From Candidatus Omnitrophota bacterium (GTDB lineage: Bacteria; Omnitrophota; Gorgyraeia; Aquiviventales; Aquiviventaceae): DNA of 64,000 nucleotides. The stretch's first letter is position 1; each line of letters opens with the position of its first letter. This document shows, one piece after another, positions 9,680-19,268 of this stretch. The translations under genes and the position numbers were made by a program. Under the pieces are notes generated by a model. The model saw nothing but the letters and a program-made list of their open reading frames with translations. It searched no databases and was not told the origin of the DNA. The DNA lies in the NCBI GenBank assembly GCA_016209275.1, contig JACQWM010000004.1, positions 42,243-106,242 on the forward strand, in the 5' to 3' direction.

Positions 9680-10794
9680 GCGAATGGCTCACCCTGTGCG
9701 TGCCGACGATTAATCGCCCGGCGTTCCTCGGGCGGCTGCTGCGGTACTACGCGGCGGCGTCTGCGCCGTATCGAATCGCCATTGCCGATTCCAGCGACCC
9801 GGTGCGCGCCGAGCAGAATCAGCAGATCATCCGCCGGCTGGCGGGCCGGTTGCACGTGGTGTACCGGCAGTACCCAGGGATGAGCGTGGGCGCATGTTTT
9901 GAAGCCATGAATCAGACGCTGGACACACCGTACTGCGCGCTGCTGGGCGATGATGACTTCCTCTGCCCGCCAGGCTTGGAGCGATGCGTGGAGTTTCTCG
10001 AGGGACATCCTGACTACGGGGCGGCGCACGGGATCGGGCTGCACTTCCAAACTGAAGGCGGCCATCCTCACGGACCGATCGGGAGGGTCGGGCCGTACCC
10101 CCAAGCGGTCCTCGAAACCGACACCGGAGCCCAACGGCTGGGCGAGTTTGTGATGAAAAGCTTGTACGTCCTGATCTATTCGGTCCATCGCGCCGCGATC
10201 TGGCGATCGATGTTCACCGGGGTGGGCGCGATGGAAGACATCAAGACGCAAAACGGATTCAAGAACGAAGTGCTCGCGACGTGCGTCTCTGCGGTCCGCG
10301 GCAAAGTCAAAGCGCTCGATGGCCTCTACTTGTTTCGCCAGGTCCATCAGCGCAACACGCCAGTGCCCCATGTCTACGAGTGGCTGACCGATCCGGAATG
10401 GTTTCCTTCGTATCGCATTTTTGAGGATCGTGTCAGCGAAGAGCTCATGCGGCAAGATCAGTTGCCGATGGAGCAGGCGCGCCAGATCGTCCGAGACGTG
10501 TTTTGGTCCTACTTGGCCAAGGTCATGATGGGGGTACGGGAGAAAGAGCTTCGCCGTCCGAGCCGCCAGGGGACGCTTTCGTCTCTGCGAAGAGCGGCTC
10601 GAGCGATTCCCTGGCTCCGCCGCAGCGGCCGGGCTGCGCGATCCATGTTTGACCGCTATCAGCGCCCGTGGTCGCTGTCCGCCCTCTTGCATCCGTCATC
10701 ACCGTACCACACCGATTTCATGGCGGTGGCGCGGGCCGTGGAGGACCTCAGGCAGACGGTTGAACAGCCGTCAGGGGAGGCGGTGGCGGTCTGA
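9676..10794 (+). CDS. GT-A (GT2-like) glycosyltransferase-like protein, paralogue 2 of 3
   Basis: LCVPTINR and LGDDDFLCP motifs. Clearly paralogous to 8615-9679 and 10794-11870. Confidence 0.5.
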   Translation: MSEWLTLCVPTINRPAFLGRLLRYYAAASAPYRIAIADSSDPVRAEQNQQIIRRLAGRLHVVYRQYPGMSVGACFEAMNQTLDTPYCALLGDDDFLCPPGLERCVEFLEGHPDYGAAHGIGLHFQTEGGHPHGPIGRVGPYPQAVLETDTGAQRLGEFVMKSLYVLIYSVHRAAIWRSMFTGVGAMEDIKTQNGFKNEVLATCVSAVRGKVKALDGLYLFRQVHQRNTPVPHVYEWLTDPEWFPSYRIFEDRVSEELMRQDQLPMEQARQIVRDVFWSYLAKVMMGVREKELRRPSRQGTLSSLRRAARAIPWLRRSGRAARSMFDRYQRPWSLSALLHPSSPYHTDFMAVARAVEDLRQTVEQPSGEAVAV

Positions 10795-11870
10795 TGTTGA
10801 CGTTGTGCGTCCCGACCAAGGATCGATCAGACTTTGTGGGCCGCCTCCTGCGCTACTGCGCGGAGGTCCGCATGCCGTATCGGGTGATGATCGGCGATGC
10901 CAGCCATCCTGAGCATGTCCAGCGCACGCAAGCGACGGTCAGGTCGGTGCAGTCGCTGGTCAATGTTGAGCATCACCTCTGCCCGGGATTGAGCTCCTGC
11001 GCGACCCTGGAATCGCTGAGCCGGCGCATCACGACGCCGTATAGCGTCTTTTTGGGCGATGATGATTTCCTCTGCCCGAGCGGGCTTAAGCGTTGTGCCG
11101 AGTTTTTGGACGCGCATCCAGAGTATAGTGCCGCGCACGGCGAGGGGCTGCGGTTTCAGACCGAGGGCAATGGCGCGCAGGGTGCGATTGGTGTCGTGGC
11201 CTCGTATCCGCAAGCCGTGATTTCCGCATCAACCGGAGCGCAACGCCTGAAGGAATTTTTCACGGCGAGCCTCTACACCTTGCTGTATTCGGTGCACCGC
11301 ACGGAAACGTGGCAAGCGATGTTTCAGGGGCTCTCATCGCTTGAGGGCGTGCAGAATCGCAACATGTTTAAAGATGAGCTGATCGCCGTGTCGGTGTCGG
11401 TGATCCGCGGCAAAGTCAAAGCGCTCCCCAGGCTCTCGCTCATCCACCAGGTGCATGAGGACAGCTATCGATTTCCGCATGTGTATGATTGGATCGCCCA
11501 CCCGTCGTGGTATCCGTCGTTCCAGGCGTTCCGCCAACGCCTTATCGATGAGCTCATCCGGCAAGATGGGATCAGCGCCGAGGACGCGAGCCGGGTAGTG
11601 GCCCGCGTGTTTTGGCCGTATCTCGCGCGCATCATCGGCGATGAGTGGCGCAAGCAGCGCCGCGGAGCCCCGGCTGCGCCCTCGCGGTTACGAGTGGCGG
11701 CAGCGCGGATCCCGGCGGCTCGGCAGGCCTGGCGGGCGGTTCACCAGACGTTTCAGCGCTATCACGATCCGCACTCGCTGGCCGCCTTGCTGCGGCCTTC
11801 CTCGCGGTACGCGGCGGATTTTCTTCCGGTGTATCGAGTGGCGGTGGCCACAGAATGGAATGGAGCGTAG
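10794..11870 (+). CDS. GT-A (GT2-like) glycosyltransferase-like protein, paralogue 3 of 3
   Basis: LCVPTKDR and LGDDDFLCP motifs. Highly similar to paralogue 2 along its full length. Confidence 0.5.
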   Translation: MLTLCVPTKDRSDFVGRLLRYCAEVRMPYRVMIGDASHPEHVQRTQATVRSVQSLVNVEHHLCPGLSSCATLESLSRRITTPYSVFLGDDDFLCPSGLKRCAEFLDAHPEYSAAHGEGLRFQTEGNGAQGAIGVVASYPQAVISASTGAQRLKEFFTASLYTLLYSVHRTETWQAMFQGLSSLEGVQNRNMFKDELIAVSVSVIRGKVKALPRLSLIHQVHEDSYRFPHVYDWIAHPSWYPSFQAFRQRLIDELIRQDGISAEDASRVVARVFWPYLARIIGDEWRKQRRGAPAAPSRLRVAAARIPAARQAWRAVHQTFQRYHDPHSLAALLRPSSRYAADFLPVYRVAVATEWNGA

Positions 11871-11871
11871 C

Positions 11872-12585
11872 ATGACGACCCAACTTCAGCAGCGCCCGCG
11901 GGTGAGAGCCTCTCGCAAGACCACCGCCGGGATCATGGAGCAGCTCGATGCATGGGTGGCATCACACGGCAACGGCCGGTATGAGCGAAGCGATTGGGTG
12001 CCGATGGATGCCTTCATGATCCCGGATGACGCCGGCATTCAGCAGGACCGGGATGAGATTCAGGAGTTTGTCGATGTGCTGCTCAAGCGCCAACACTGCG
12101 CGACCGCGCTTGAAGTCGGCCTGGGCTACTACGGCAGCACGCATTTTCTGTGGCGGCTCATCTTCAACCGCGTCATCACGATCGAAAAATCGCATGAGCG
12201 CGTGCGCAGCTTCGGCACGAGCATGCGCCGGTTCTACAAGCGGTGGGTCTTGGATGACCGGCGCAGCGCCTTCCTGATCGGCATGAGCTATGAACCCTCG
12301 ACGGTGCAAAACGCGTATCAGAGCGCTTCGGATGGTGTTGATCTGTTGTTCATCGACGGCGATCACCAGTACCACTCAGTGCTCACCGATTGGCTGCTCT
12401 ACAGCCCGCTGGTCCGCCCGGGCGGGCTGGTGGCGTTTCATGATATCGGCTTGACGGTCAAAGGCCAGTACGGCGTTCCGGAATTCCTGCGCCGGTTGTC
12501 CTCCGGCGCGCTTGATGGCACGCGGCGCACACTGCGCACCATTCAGCGCACCAAGAACTTGGGGATCGCATTCTATGAAGCCTAA
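11872..12585 (+). CDS. Class I SAM-dependent methyltransferase (Methyltransf_24 / CmcI-like)
   Basis: LLFIDGDHQYHSVLTDW...GGLVAFHDI motif, typical of TylF/CmcI-type sugar O-methyltransferases. Confidence 0.55.
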   Translation: MTTQLQQRPRVRASRKTTAGIMEQLDAWVASHGNGRYERSDWVPMDAFMIPDDAGIQQDRDEIQEFVDVLLKRQHCATALEVGLGYYGSTHFLWRLIFNRVITIEKSHERVRSFGTSMRRFYKRWVLDDRRSAFLIGMSYEPSTVQNAYQSASDGVDLLFIDGDHQYHSVLTDWLLYSPLVRPGGLVAFHDIGLTVKGQYGVPEFLRRLSSGALDGTRRTLRTIQRTKNLGIAFYEA

Positions 12586-13573
12586 GGGGTCTGAGGGCGC
12601 GCGCGTGCTGCTCATCGGCTGCGGCGAGTTGGGCAGCCGCCACCTGCAGGCGATTGCGAGCCTGCCGCAGGTGACAGACATCGACGTGGTCGATCCGAGG
12701 CCAGAGGCCTTGGCCTTGGGACGCAAGCGGCTGGGGGAACTTGCTCCTGGGAATCCATCGACCTCGATCCGTTGGCTCTCATCGTTGGCAGAGGCCACGC
12801 CGGCAGGAGCGCTGTGCATCGTGGCGACGCAAGCCGAGGGCCGGTGCGAGCTCATTCGTCAGGTGGCCCAAACGCTTGGCTACACGAACTTCCTGCTTGA
12901 AAAAATCGTCGCGCAATCGCTGCGCGCCATCGAAGAGCTGGTGGATTTTTTGAGCACACGGCGCTGTGCGGCATGGGTGAATTGCCAAACTCGGGCTTAC
13001 CCGTTTCATCAGCGCGTCAAGCAGCGGCTGGAGGCTTCCTCGCCCATCATGATGACGGTGACCGGAGGCAACCTCGGGCTCGTGACGAATGGCATCCATA
13101 ACGCGGACTTATTTGCGTTCTATACCGGGGCCACTTGCATCGAGCCGGCCGGGGCGTCCATTGATCCGGTGCTCCATCGAACCAAGCGCGGGCAGTATGA
13201 TCTCAGCGGCACGTTGCAGGGACGGACCGAAGACGGCAGCCGGTTCACGCTGGCCTACGCGGCCGATCATGCGCTGTCTGAGCAGATCACGATCGTCACT
13301 CGATCGTATCGATGCGTCGTAGACCATATCCAGCGATGGGCGGTGGAGAGCGACGCCGCCTCTCGCTGGTCATGGCGCAGCGTGCCGTTTGAGGATCAGA
13401 TCATGGTCAGCCAGATGACGCAGCGATTTGCCGCTGACATCTTGGCGCAAAGACGGTGCGCGCTGCCGACGCTTGAGGAATCGTTGGTGGCGCACCGGTT
13501 GATCCTCGGCGAGCTGCAGCCGCATTTCAGCCGCCTTCTGGAGCGGGATCTTGAGCTGGTTCCGGTGACCTGA
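12575..13573 (+). CDS. Gfo/Idh/MocA-like NAD(P)-dependent oxidoreductase
   Basis: N-terminal Rossmann RVLLIGCGELGSRHLQ...DVVD. Confidence 0.5.
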   Translation: MKPKGSEGARVLLIGCGELGSRHLQAIASLPQVTDIDVVDPRPEALALGRKRLGELAPGNPSTSIRWLSSLAEATPAGALCIVATQAEGRCELIRQVAQTLGYTNFLLEKIVAQSLRAIEELVDFLSTRRCAAWVNCQTRAYPFHQRVKQRLEASSPIMMTVTGGNLGLVTNGIHNADLFAFYTGATCIEPAGASIDPVLHRTKRGQYDLSGTLQGRTEDGSRFTLAYAADHALSEQITIVTRSYRCVVDHIQRWAVESDAASRWSWRSVPFEDQIMVSQMTQRFAADILAQRRCALPTLEESLVAHRLILGELQPHFSRLLERDLELVPVT

Positions 13574-14604
13574 TGAGCATGCCATTGGACGCGCAGCCGC
13601 TCGTGTCCTCTGCCGAGCTTGCCGCCGCGCTTGCCGCAACCGACCTTCGCGGTAACACGGCCACGGTGATCGGCTATGGCACCATGGGCCAGCAGTTTGT
13701 CCAAGCGCTGCGAGCCCTTCACCTGCGCCGCGTGCGGGTCTGCTCTCGGTCGCCGCAGTCGATCGAGCCGCTGAAGCCGCTCGAGGGTCTTGAAGCCATC
13801 AGCGGAGGATTCGAGCATCTGCAGTGCCGTCCCCAACCGGATGAGTTAGGCATCATTGCCACGCCGACCGCGTTCTTGGCGGCTGCGGCCGACCGGCTCG
13901 CCGCTTTAGGTTTTCGGCGGCTGCTCATCGAAAAACCGATCGCGCTGCGGTCGGATGAAATCGAGCGGCTGGCGGATCGGCTGGAGCGCCAGGGCGTGGA
14001 TGCGGCATGCGCGTACAACCGGGTGAGCTATCCATCGTTCCATGAGGCGCGCGCACGGGCGGCACAGGACGGTGGGATCACCTCGTGCACCTACACATTC
14101 ACCGAGATGATCAAACCGGATTGGCCCCAGCGGTTTCCTGCCGAGGAGCTGCGGCGATGGGGGATTGCCAACAGCCTGCACGTGATGAGCATGGCCCACG
14201 GGCTGATCGGTTGGCCATCGACGTGGAACGGGCAGCGCGCCGGATCATTGCCCTGGCATCCGACGGGTGCAGTATTTGTCGGCTCCGGTGTCTCGGTGCG
14301 CGGGATCCCGTTTAGCTACCATGCAGATTGGGGCTCCACCGGCCGCTGGTCGGTGGAACTGCATACGGCGGTCTCATCGTATCGGTTCTGCCCGCTCGAG
14401 CAGTGTTTCAGAAGGACATCAGCGCTCGGGGTCTGGGAGGAAGTGCCGGTGGCGGCATTCGCCCCTGAGATCAAAGTCGGGATTGTTGAGGAAGTCGCAG
14501 CCATGCTGGATCCCGGCATCAGAGCTGGCGTTCCTCTGATGTCCTTGCGCGATGCCGCCGTATTGACGCGGTTTGGCGAATCGGTCTTTGGCTACGATGA
14601 TTGA
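13573..14604 (+). CDS. Putative NAD(P)-binding oxidoreductase (Gfo/Idh/MocA-like N-terminus)
   Basis: ATVIGYGTMGQQF Rossmann-like N-terminus. TGATG coupling with the upstream gene. Confidence 0.4.
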   Translation: MSMPLDAQPLVSSAELAAALAATDLRGNTATVIGYGTMGQQFVQALRALHLRRVRVCSRSPQSIEPLKPLEGLEAISGGFEHLQCRPQPDELGIIATPTAFLAAAADRLAALGFRRLLIEKPIALRSDEIERLADRLERQGVDAACAYNRVSYPSFHEARARAAQDGGITSCTYTFTEMIKPDWPQRFPAEELRRWGIANSLHVMSMAHGLIGWPSTWNGQRAGSLPWHPTGAVFVGSGVSVRGIPFSYHADWGSTGRWSVELHTAVSSYRFCPLEQCFRRTSALGVWEEVPVAAFAPEIKVGIVEEVAAMLDPGIRAGVPLMSLRDAAVLTRFGESVFGYDD

Positions 14605-15661
14605 GAGAGAACCAGCCGAGCTGATGGCGGGCATCGAGCAGGATCTGGCCGCCTACCGGGAGTGCGGATTGCTTGAGCATCGCGGGGATCGCCTGACATC
14701 GGAATGGGCGCTGCAGGTGAAAGAGCAGCCCGGGCGGTTCATCCGACCTGATGGCACGATCGACACGGAGCGGCTGCGCAATTTCAGGAAGCTGCTGATC
14801 TTTCTGAAAGATGTCCCGTCCTTCTCGCTGCAGTGGTGGAACCGCTGGACGCTTCTCGGCGGAGGACGGCGAGGGTCGGTGAAGATGCTTCGTGAAAATC
14901 TCGCCCTCCTCAAAACCCATGGCTACGACGCCTTGCTGAAAAAACATCCGTGCTCGATGGTGGGCCACCCGTACGTCTTTCGCACCGACGGTTACCAGTT
15001 CACGTATCGCTGGTTCAGGCACATTTACTTTCTTGGCCTGCTGCAACGGGTCTTAGGCAGCCGTCTCAGCGGGGAGCTCACCCCGCCCCATGGGGCGGGG
15101 TTCACCGAACTTTCCATCGGCGGCGGCTATGGCGTGTTTTCCTATGTGCTCAAGCGCGAATATCCGGCGGCCCGGTCAATCCTTGTGGATTTTCCAGAGC
15201 AGCTGCTCTTGGCTCGCTACTTTCTCGGACGAAGTTTTCCTCAGGCTCGGATCGCCGGCATGGCGCAGATCGCTCAGTTGCCGTCCATCTCGCGCGAGTT
15301 CATCCAGGCGCATGATTTTGTGCTCGTCCCATGCCAGTATTACCCTCGGCTTGAGGGCGGGAGTGTGGATCTCGTCACCAACTTTATTTCCTTCGGTGAA
15401 ATGACGCCTGAGTGGTTCAGGTTCTATGTGGAGGCCCCGCCGTTTACATCGGCGAAGTGGTTCTTTACCGTCAACCGCGTGCAATCGCGTCCGGTGTACG
15501 ACAGCGACCTGACGATCCTTGACTATCCGATTTGGGATGCGGCGAAACGGCTGCACTTCGGGCTGTGTCCGGCCCTCTCCTCATATTTTACCCAGCGGGG
15601 AGTGTTCTTGATGGAGCGGACGGCGCACGCGCCGTTTTTCGAATACCTCGGCGAGAAGTAA
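14597..15661 (+). CDS. Hypothetical protein, possible sugar O-methyltransferase-like (GxGxG motif)
   Basis: ELSIGGGYGVFSYVL...ILVDFPEQ resembles a class I MTase motif I and acidic motif II. Otherwise unrecognised. Confidence 0.3.
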   Translation: MIEREPAELMAGIEQDLAAYRECGLLEHRGDRLTSEWALQVKEQPGRFIRPDGTIDTERLRNFRKLLIFLKDVPSFSLQWWNRWTLLGGGRRGSVKMLRENLALLKTHGYDALLKKHPCSMVGHPYVFRTDGYQFTYRWFRHIYFLGLLQRVLGSRLSGELTPPHGAGFTELSIGGGYGVFSYVLKREYPAARSILVDFPEQLLLARYFLGRSFPQARIAGMAQIAQLPSISREFIQAHDFVLVPCQYYPRLEGGSVDLVTNFISFGEMTPEWFRFYVEAPPFTSAKWFFTVNRVQSRPVYDSDLTILDYPIWDAAKRLHFGLCPALSSYFTQRGVFLMERTAHAPFFEYLGEK

Positions 15662-15666
15662 GCGAA

Positions 15667-16668
15667 ATGAAAATCGCAGTCTTGGGCACCGGCAGCATCG
15701 GCCTGCGCCATCTGGGGCTGTTGCGGACCATCGACGGGGCTCGGCCGATCGCCATTCCCATCAGAGCGTCGCGGCGCAGCGAACTGCGCGCCCTCGGGTA
15801 CGAGACGGCGGAGGATCTGGCGGCCGCCGCAGCGCTGGGGGCGAGCCTGTGCCTTGTGGCGACCGACACCGGCCGCCATGAAACCGACAGCCGTGAAGCG
15901 CTGCAGCGCGGCTTCGACTTGTTGGTGGAAAAACCTGTGGCGACGGATGCCGAGGCGGCCTTGCGCGTGCTGGAACGCGCTCGAGCCTTGCAGCGCCGGG
16001 TCTTCGTCGGCTGCGTGGTGCGATTCTCCGAGTCGCTGAAGACGTTTCGCCAGCGGCTGGCTGATGTGGGCGAGGCGCACGCGGTCCGGATTGAATGCCA
16101 ATCATACCTTCCGTCGTGGAGGCCGGATCGGCCGCACCAGAACTCGTATTCCGCGCGCGCCGAGGAGGGCGGGGTACTGCGCGATTTGATTCACGAGATC
16201 GATTACGCCGGATGGATCTTCGGATGGCCGGTCGCACTCTCCGCTCGGCTGCGGAATACCGGCCGGCTTGGGATTGCGGCCGAGGAGATGGCGGAATTAA
16301 TGTGGGAGACCCCGGCCGGAGCCAGCGTTTCCGTGGCGCTGGATTATCTCACACAGCCGCCGCGGCGGCGGATGCGGGTGAGCGGGTCGCGCGGCACCAT
16401 CGAATGGGATGGGATGGAGCAGACCGTCACCGTGGATTTCCCCGGGGGCTCGCGCACGACCGTTCCTTCATCCCAGACCCGTGATGCGATGATCCGTGAA
16501 GAGTTGCTCGCGTGGCTCAATGCCCGTCACGGTGTCGTGGATGAGCGGCTGGCGACCGCGGAGGAAGGCCTTCGGGCACTCGCCGTCTGTGACGCGGCGC
16601 GCCAGGCCTCGGATGCGCATCGAGAGGCAACTGTGGAGGAGCGATGGCCAGTGCCATTAAGCGCTTAG
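15667..16668 (+). CDS. Gfo/Idh/MocA-family oxidoreductase
   Basis: MKIAVLGTGSIGLRHL...EKP motif pattern. Confidence 0.65.
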   Translation: MKIAVLGTGSIGLRHLGLLRTIDGARPIAIPIRASRRSELRALGYETAEDLAAAAALGASLCLVATDTGRHETDSREALQRGFDLLVEKPVATDAEAALRVLERARALQRRVFVGCVVRFSESLKTFRQRLADVGEAHAVRIECQSYLPSWRPDRPHQNSYSARAEEGGVLRDLIHEIDYAGWIFGWPVALSARLRNTGRLGIAAEEMAELMWETPAGASVSVALDYLTQPPRRRMRVSGSRGTIEWDGMEQTVTVDFPGGSRTTVPSSQTRDAMIREELLAWLNARHGVVDERLATAEEGLRALAVCDAARQASDAHREATVEERWPVPLSA

Positions 16669-17393
16669 CGGTCATCCCGGCGCGAACCGGCTCAAAAGAG
16701 CTGCCGGGGAAAAACGTGCGGCCCTTTGCCGGGGTGCCGTTGATCGCCCACACGATTCTCTTTGCCAAAGGGTGCCCCCAGGTTACGCGGTGCATCGTGT
16801 CAACGGATTCATCGTCAATCGCCGACGTCGCGCGGCAGTTCGGGGCCGAGGTCCCGTTTCTGCGTCCGGAGGCGTTGGCGCAAGATGACACTCCGCTGTG
16901 GCCGGTTCTTCGGCACGCGTTGGCGATGGCGGAAGCCGAGGACGGCCAGCCGTATGACGAATTACTGCTGCTGGATCCGACCTCGCCGGCACGAACGATC
17001 GAGGATGTGACCGGAGCGTTGCGCCGGCTTCATGAGGCTCCGTCGGCCGATGGTGTGGTTAGCGTCTCGCGTCCGGAGTTCAATCCGGTCTGGCACTGCG
17101 TGGTGGAGCAGGACGGATGGATGGCGGACCTGATCCCTGGCGGCGGCCGAATCACCCGCCGGCAAGACGCTCCGGTGGTGTATCGGATTAACGGCGCGCT
17201 CTACATTTGGCGCACGAGATTTCTTCGAGCCGCCCAGCCGTCCTGGCGGACGGGACGCCATGTGATCTATGAGATTCCGGAGTCTCGGGCGATTTCCATC
17301 GACACCTTGGAGGCGTTTGAGCGGGCCGAGCTGCTGGTGAAAAGCGGGATGATTGCCTTCCCGTGGATGCAAGGACAGCATGCCAGCCGCTAA
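16644..17393 (+). CDS. neuA: Acylneuraminate (nonulosonate) cytidylyltransferase, NeuA/LegF-like
   Basis: RLAVIPARTGSKELPGKN N-terminal CMP-transferase signature. ~249 aa. Confidence 0.75.
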   Translation: MASAIKRLAVIPARTGSKELPGKNVRPFAGVPLIAHTILFAKGCPQVTRCIVSTDSSSIADVARQFGAEVPFLRPEALAQDDTPLWPVLRHALAMAEAEDGQPYDELLLLDPTSPARTIEDVTGALRRLHEAPSADGVVSVSRPEFNPVWHCVVEQDGWMADLIPGGGRITRRQDAPVVYRINGALYIWRTRFLRAAQPSWRTGRHVIYEIPESRAISIDTLEAFERAELLVKSGMIAFPWMQGQHASR

Positions 17394-17439
17394 GCGCGCG
17401 AGACGCACGCGACGTCCCATGCGATCTATCGCGGAGTTG

Positions 17440-18222
17440 ATGGATCTTCATGGCCGACGCGCCGTGGTGACGGGTGGGGCCGGGCATGTGGGGCGGGTCA
17501 TCGGCGCAACACTCATCGAGCTAGGTGCGACGGTGACACTGCTGGATCTCGACGCGTCCGCCGTTCGCGCGCGCGCCCGGGAACTCTCGAGATCCGGAAG
17601 CGGCGAAGCGCTCGGGCTGGCGTGCGACTTGACGGATGAGGCCGAGACGCGCGGCACGCTGCGGACCGCGGTCAAGGCGATGGGCGGAGTCGACATTCTG
17701 ATTCACAATGCCGCCTATGTGGGCAACCTGTCTCGGCCTGGCTGGTCGGTGCCGTTTGAGCAGCAAACCGTGGAGGGGTGGGATGCTGCGCTGCGTGTGA
17801 ATTTGACCGCGGCATTTGTGATGGCGCAGGAAACCCACAAGGCGCTGGGTGCCTCAGGCCATGGCAGCATCGTTCTGATCGGCTCCATCTATGGCGTTTC
17901 CGCGCCGGACTTTCGTCTCTATGAGGGGACCGCGATGGCCAACCCGGCGGCGTATGCGGCGTCCAAAGGCGGGCTGCTGCAATTGATGCGGTATTTAGCT
18001 ACGTGGCTCGCCCCCCGGGTGCGGGTCAATGCCATTTCTCCCGGCGGGCTGTTGCGCGGCCAGCCGAGCAGCTTCCAACAGCGCTACGTAGAGCGGACAC
18101 CGCTTGGCCGGATGGGAACCGAGGAGGATGTGAAAGGTGCGGTCGCCTACCTCGCCAGCGATCTTTCGGCATACGTCACAGGACATAATCTGATGGTGGA
18201 TGGAGGATGGACCGCGTGGTGA
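17440..18222 (+). CDS. SDR-family short-chain dehydrogenase/reductase
   Basis: RAVVTGGAGHVGR Rossmann motif and the SDR catalytic YxxxK region (YAASKGG). Alternative in-frame starts at 17380 and 17419. Confidence 0.6.
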   Translation: MDLHGRRAVVTGGAGHVGRVIGATLIELGATVTLLDLDASAVRARARELSRSGSGEALGLACDLTDEAETRGTLRTAVKAMGGVDILIHNAAYVGNLSRPGWSVPFEQQTVEGWDAALRVNLTAAFVMAQETHKALGASGHGSIVLIGSIYGVSAPDFRLYEGTAMANPAAYAASKGGLLQLMRYLATWLAPRVRVNAISPGGLLRGQPSSFQQRYVERTPLGRMGTEEDVKGAVAYLASDLSAYVTGHNLMVDGGWTAW

Positions 18223-19268
18223 TGAACGTCGACATCGCTGGGCATCGCGTGGGTTTGGGACACCGGTGTGTGATCATCGCCGAGGCCGGGGTCAATCACA
18301 ACGGCAGCATCGAGACGGCGCGCCGGTTGGTGGATGCGGCGGTGGATGTCGGCGCTGATGCCGTGAAGTTTCAGGCTTTTTCCGCCCAGCGGCTCGTGGC
18401 CGCCTCTGCGCCGAAGGCGGCGTACCAGGCGCGCACCACCGGCGCAGGCGAGTCGCAGCTGGCGATGCTTACGCGCCTGGAATTATCCGCGCGCGATCAT
18501 CAGGACCTCTTCGCCTACTGCCGGCAGCGAGGGATCATGTATCTGTGCACGCCATTCGATGAGGCGAGTGCGGATTTCTTGGCCGAGCTCGGTGTAGCGG
18601 CATTTAAGTTGCCATCCGGAGAGCTGACCAACCTGCCGTTGCTTGCGCACGTGGCGAGGAAGGGCAGGCCGATACTGGTGTCAACCGGGATGGCCACCCT
18701 CGCCGAGGTCCGCAGCGCGGTGGAGGCCATCCGGCAGGCAGGGAATCCGCCGCTGATTCTGCTGCATGCGGTGAGCAGCTATCCGGCCGATGCGGCCGAT
18801 GCGAATCTCAGGGCCATGCAGACGATGGGCGATGTGTTCGGCGTGCCGGTGGGGTATTCAGATCATACGCTCGGCATCGAAGTGGCGTTGGCGGCGGTCG
18901 CCCTGGGTGCGTGCGTCATTGAAAAGCACGTCACACTGGACCGCACGCTGCCCGGGCCTGACCACCGCGCGTCGCTTGAGCCGCATGAGTTCGCCTCGTT
19001 GGTGCGAGGCATCCGAACGGTGGAAGCCTCACTTGGCCACGGGCGCAAAGAGCCGGCGGCGAGCGAAGCGAACACGGCGGCGGTGGCGCGCAAGAGCCTG
19101 GTGGCGGCGCGGCCGATTGCTCGGGGCAGTGTGGTGACGGCTGATGCCGTGGCGATCAAGCGGCCGGGGACCGGCCTAGCACCCACCGAGCTTTCGCGCA
19201 TCGTGGGAAAAATCGCCGCGGAAGATATTCCGGCGGATGCGCTCTTTACCCTGGAGATGCTGACATGA
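18207..19268 (+). CDS. neuB: N-acetylneuraminate synthase family (NeuB/LegI-like) with C-terminal SAF domain
   Basis: CVIIAEAGVNHNGS...AVKFQAF signature. ~350 aa, consistent with NeuB plus SAF. Start could instead be 18222. Confidence 0.8.
   Translation: MDRVVMNVDIAGHRVGLGHRCVIIAEAGVNHNGSIETARRLVDAAVDVGADAVKFQAFSAQRLVAASAPKAAYQARTTGAGESQLAMLTRLELSARDHQDLFAYCRQRGIMYLCTPFDEASADFLAELGVAAFKLPSGELTNLPLLAHVARKGRPILVSTGMATLAEVRSAVEAIRQAGNPPLILLHAVSSYPADAADANLRAMQTMGDVFGVPVGYSDHTLGIEVALAAVALGACVIEKHVTLDRTLPGPDHRASLEPHEFASLVRGIRTVEASLGHGRKEPAASEANTAAVARKSLVAARPIARGSVVTADAVAIKRPGTGLAPTELSRIVGKIAAEDIPADALFTLEMLT

Noticed and set aside
9637-10692. 351-aa minus-strand ORF
   Set aside because: Antisense to GT-A paralogue 2. 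The composition is low-complexity and typical of GC-rich frame artefacts.
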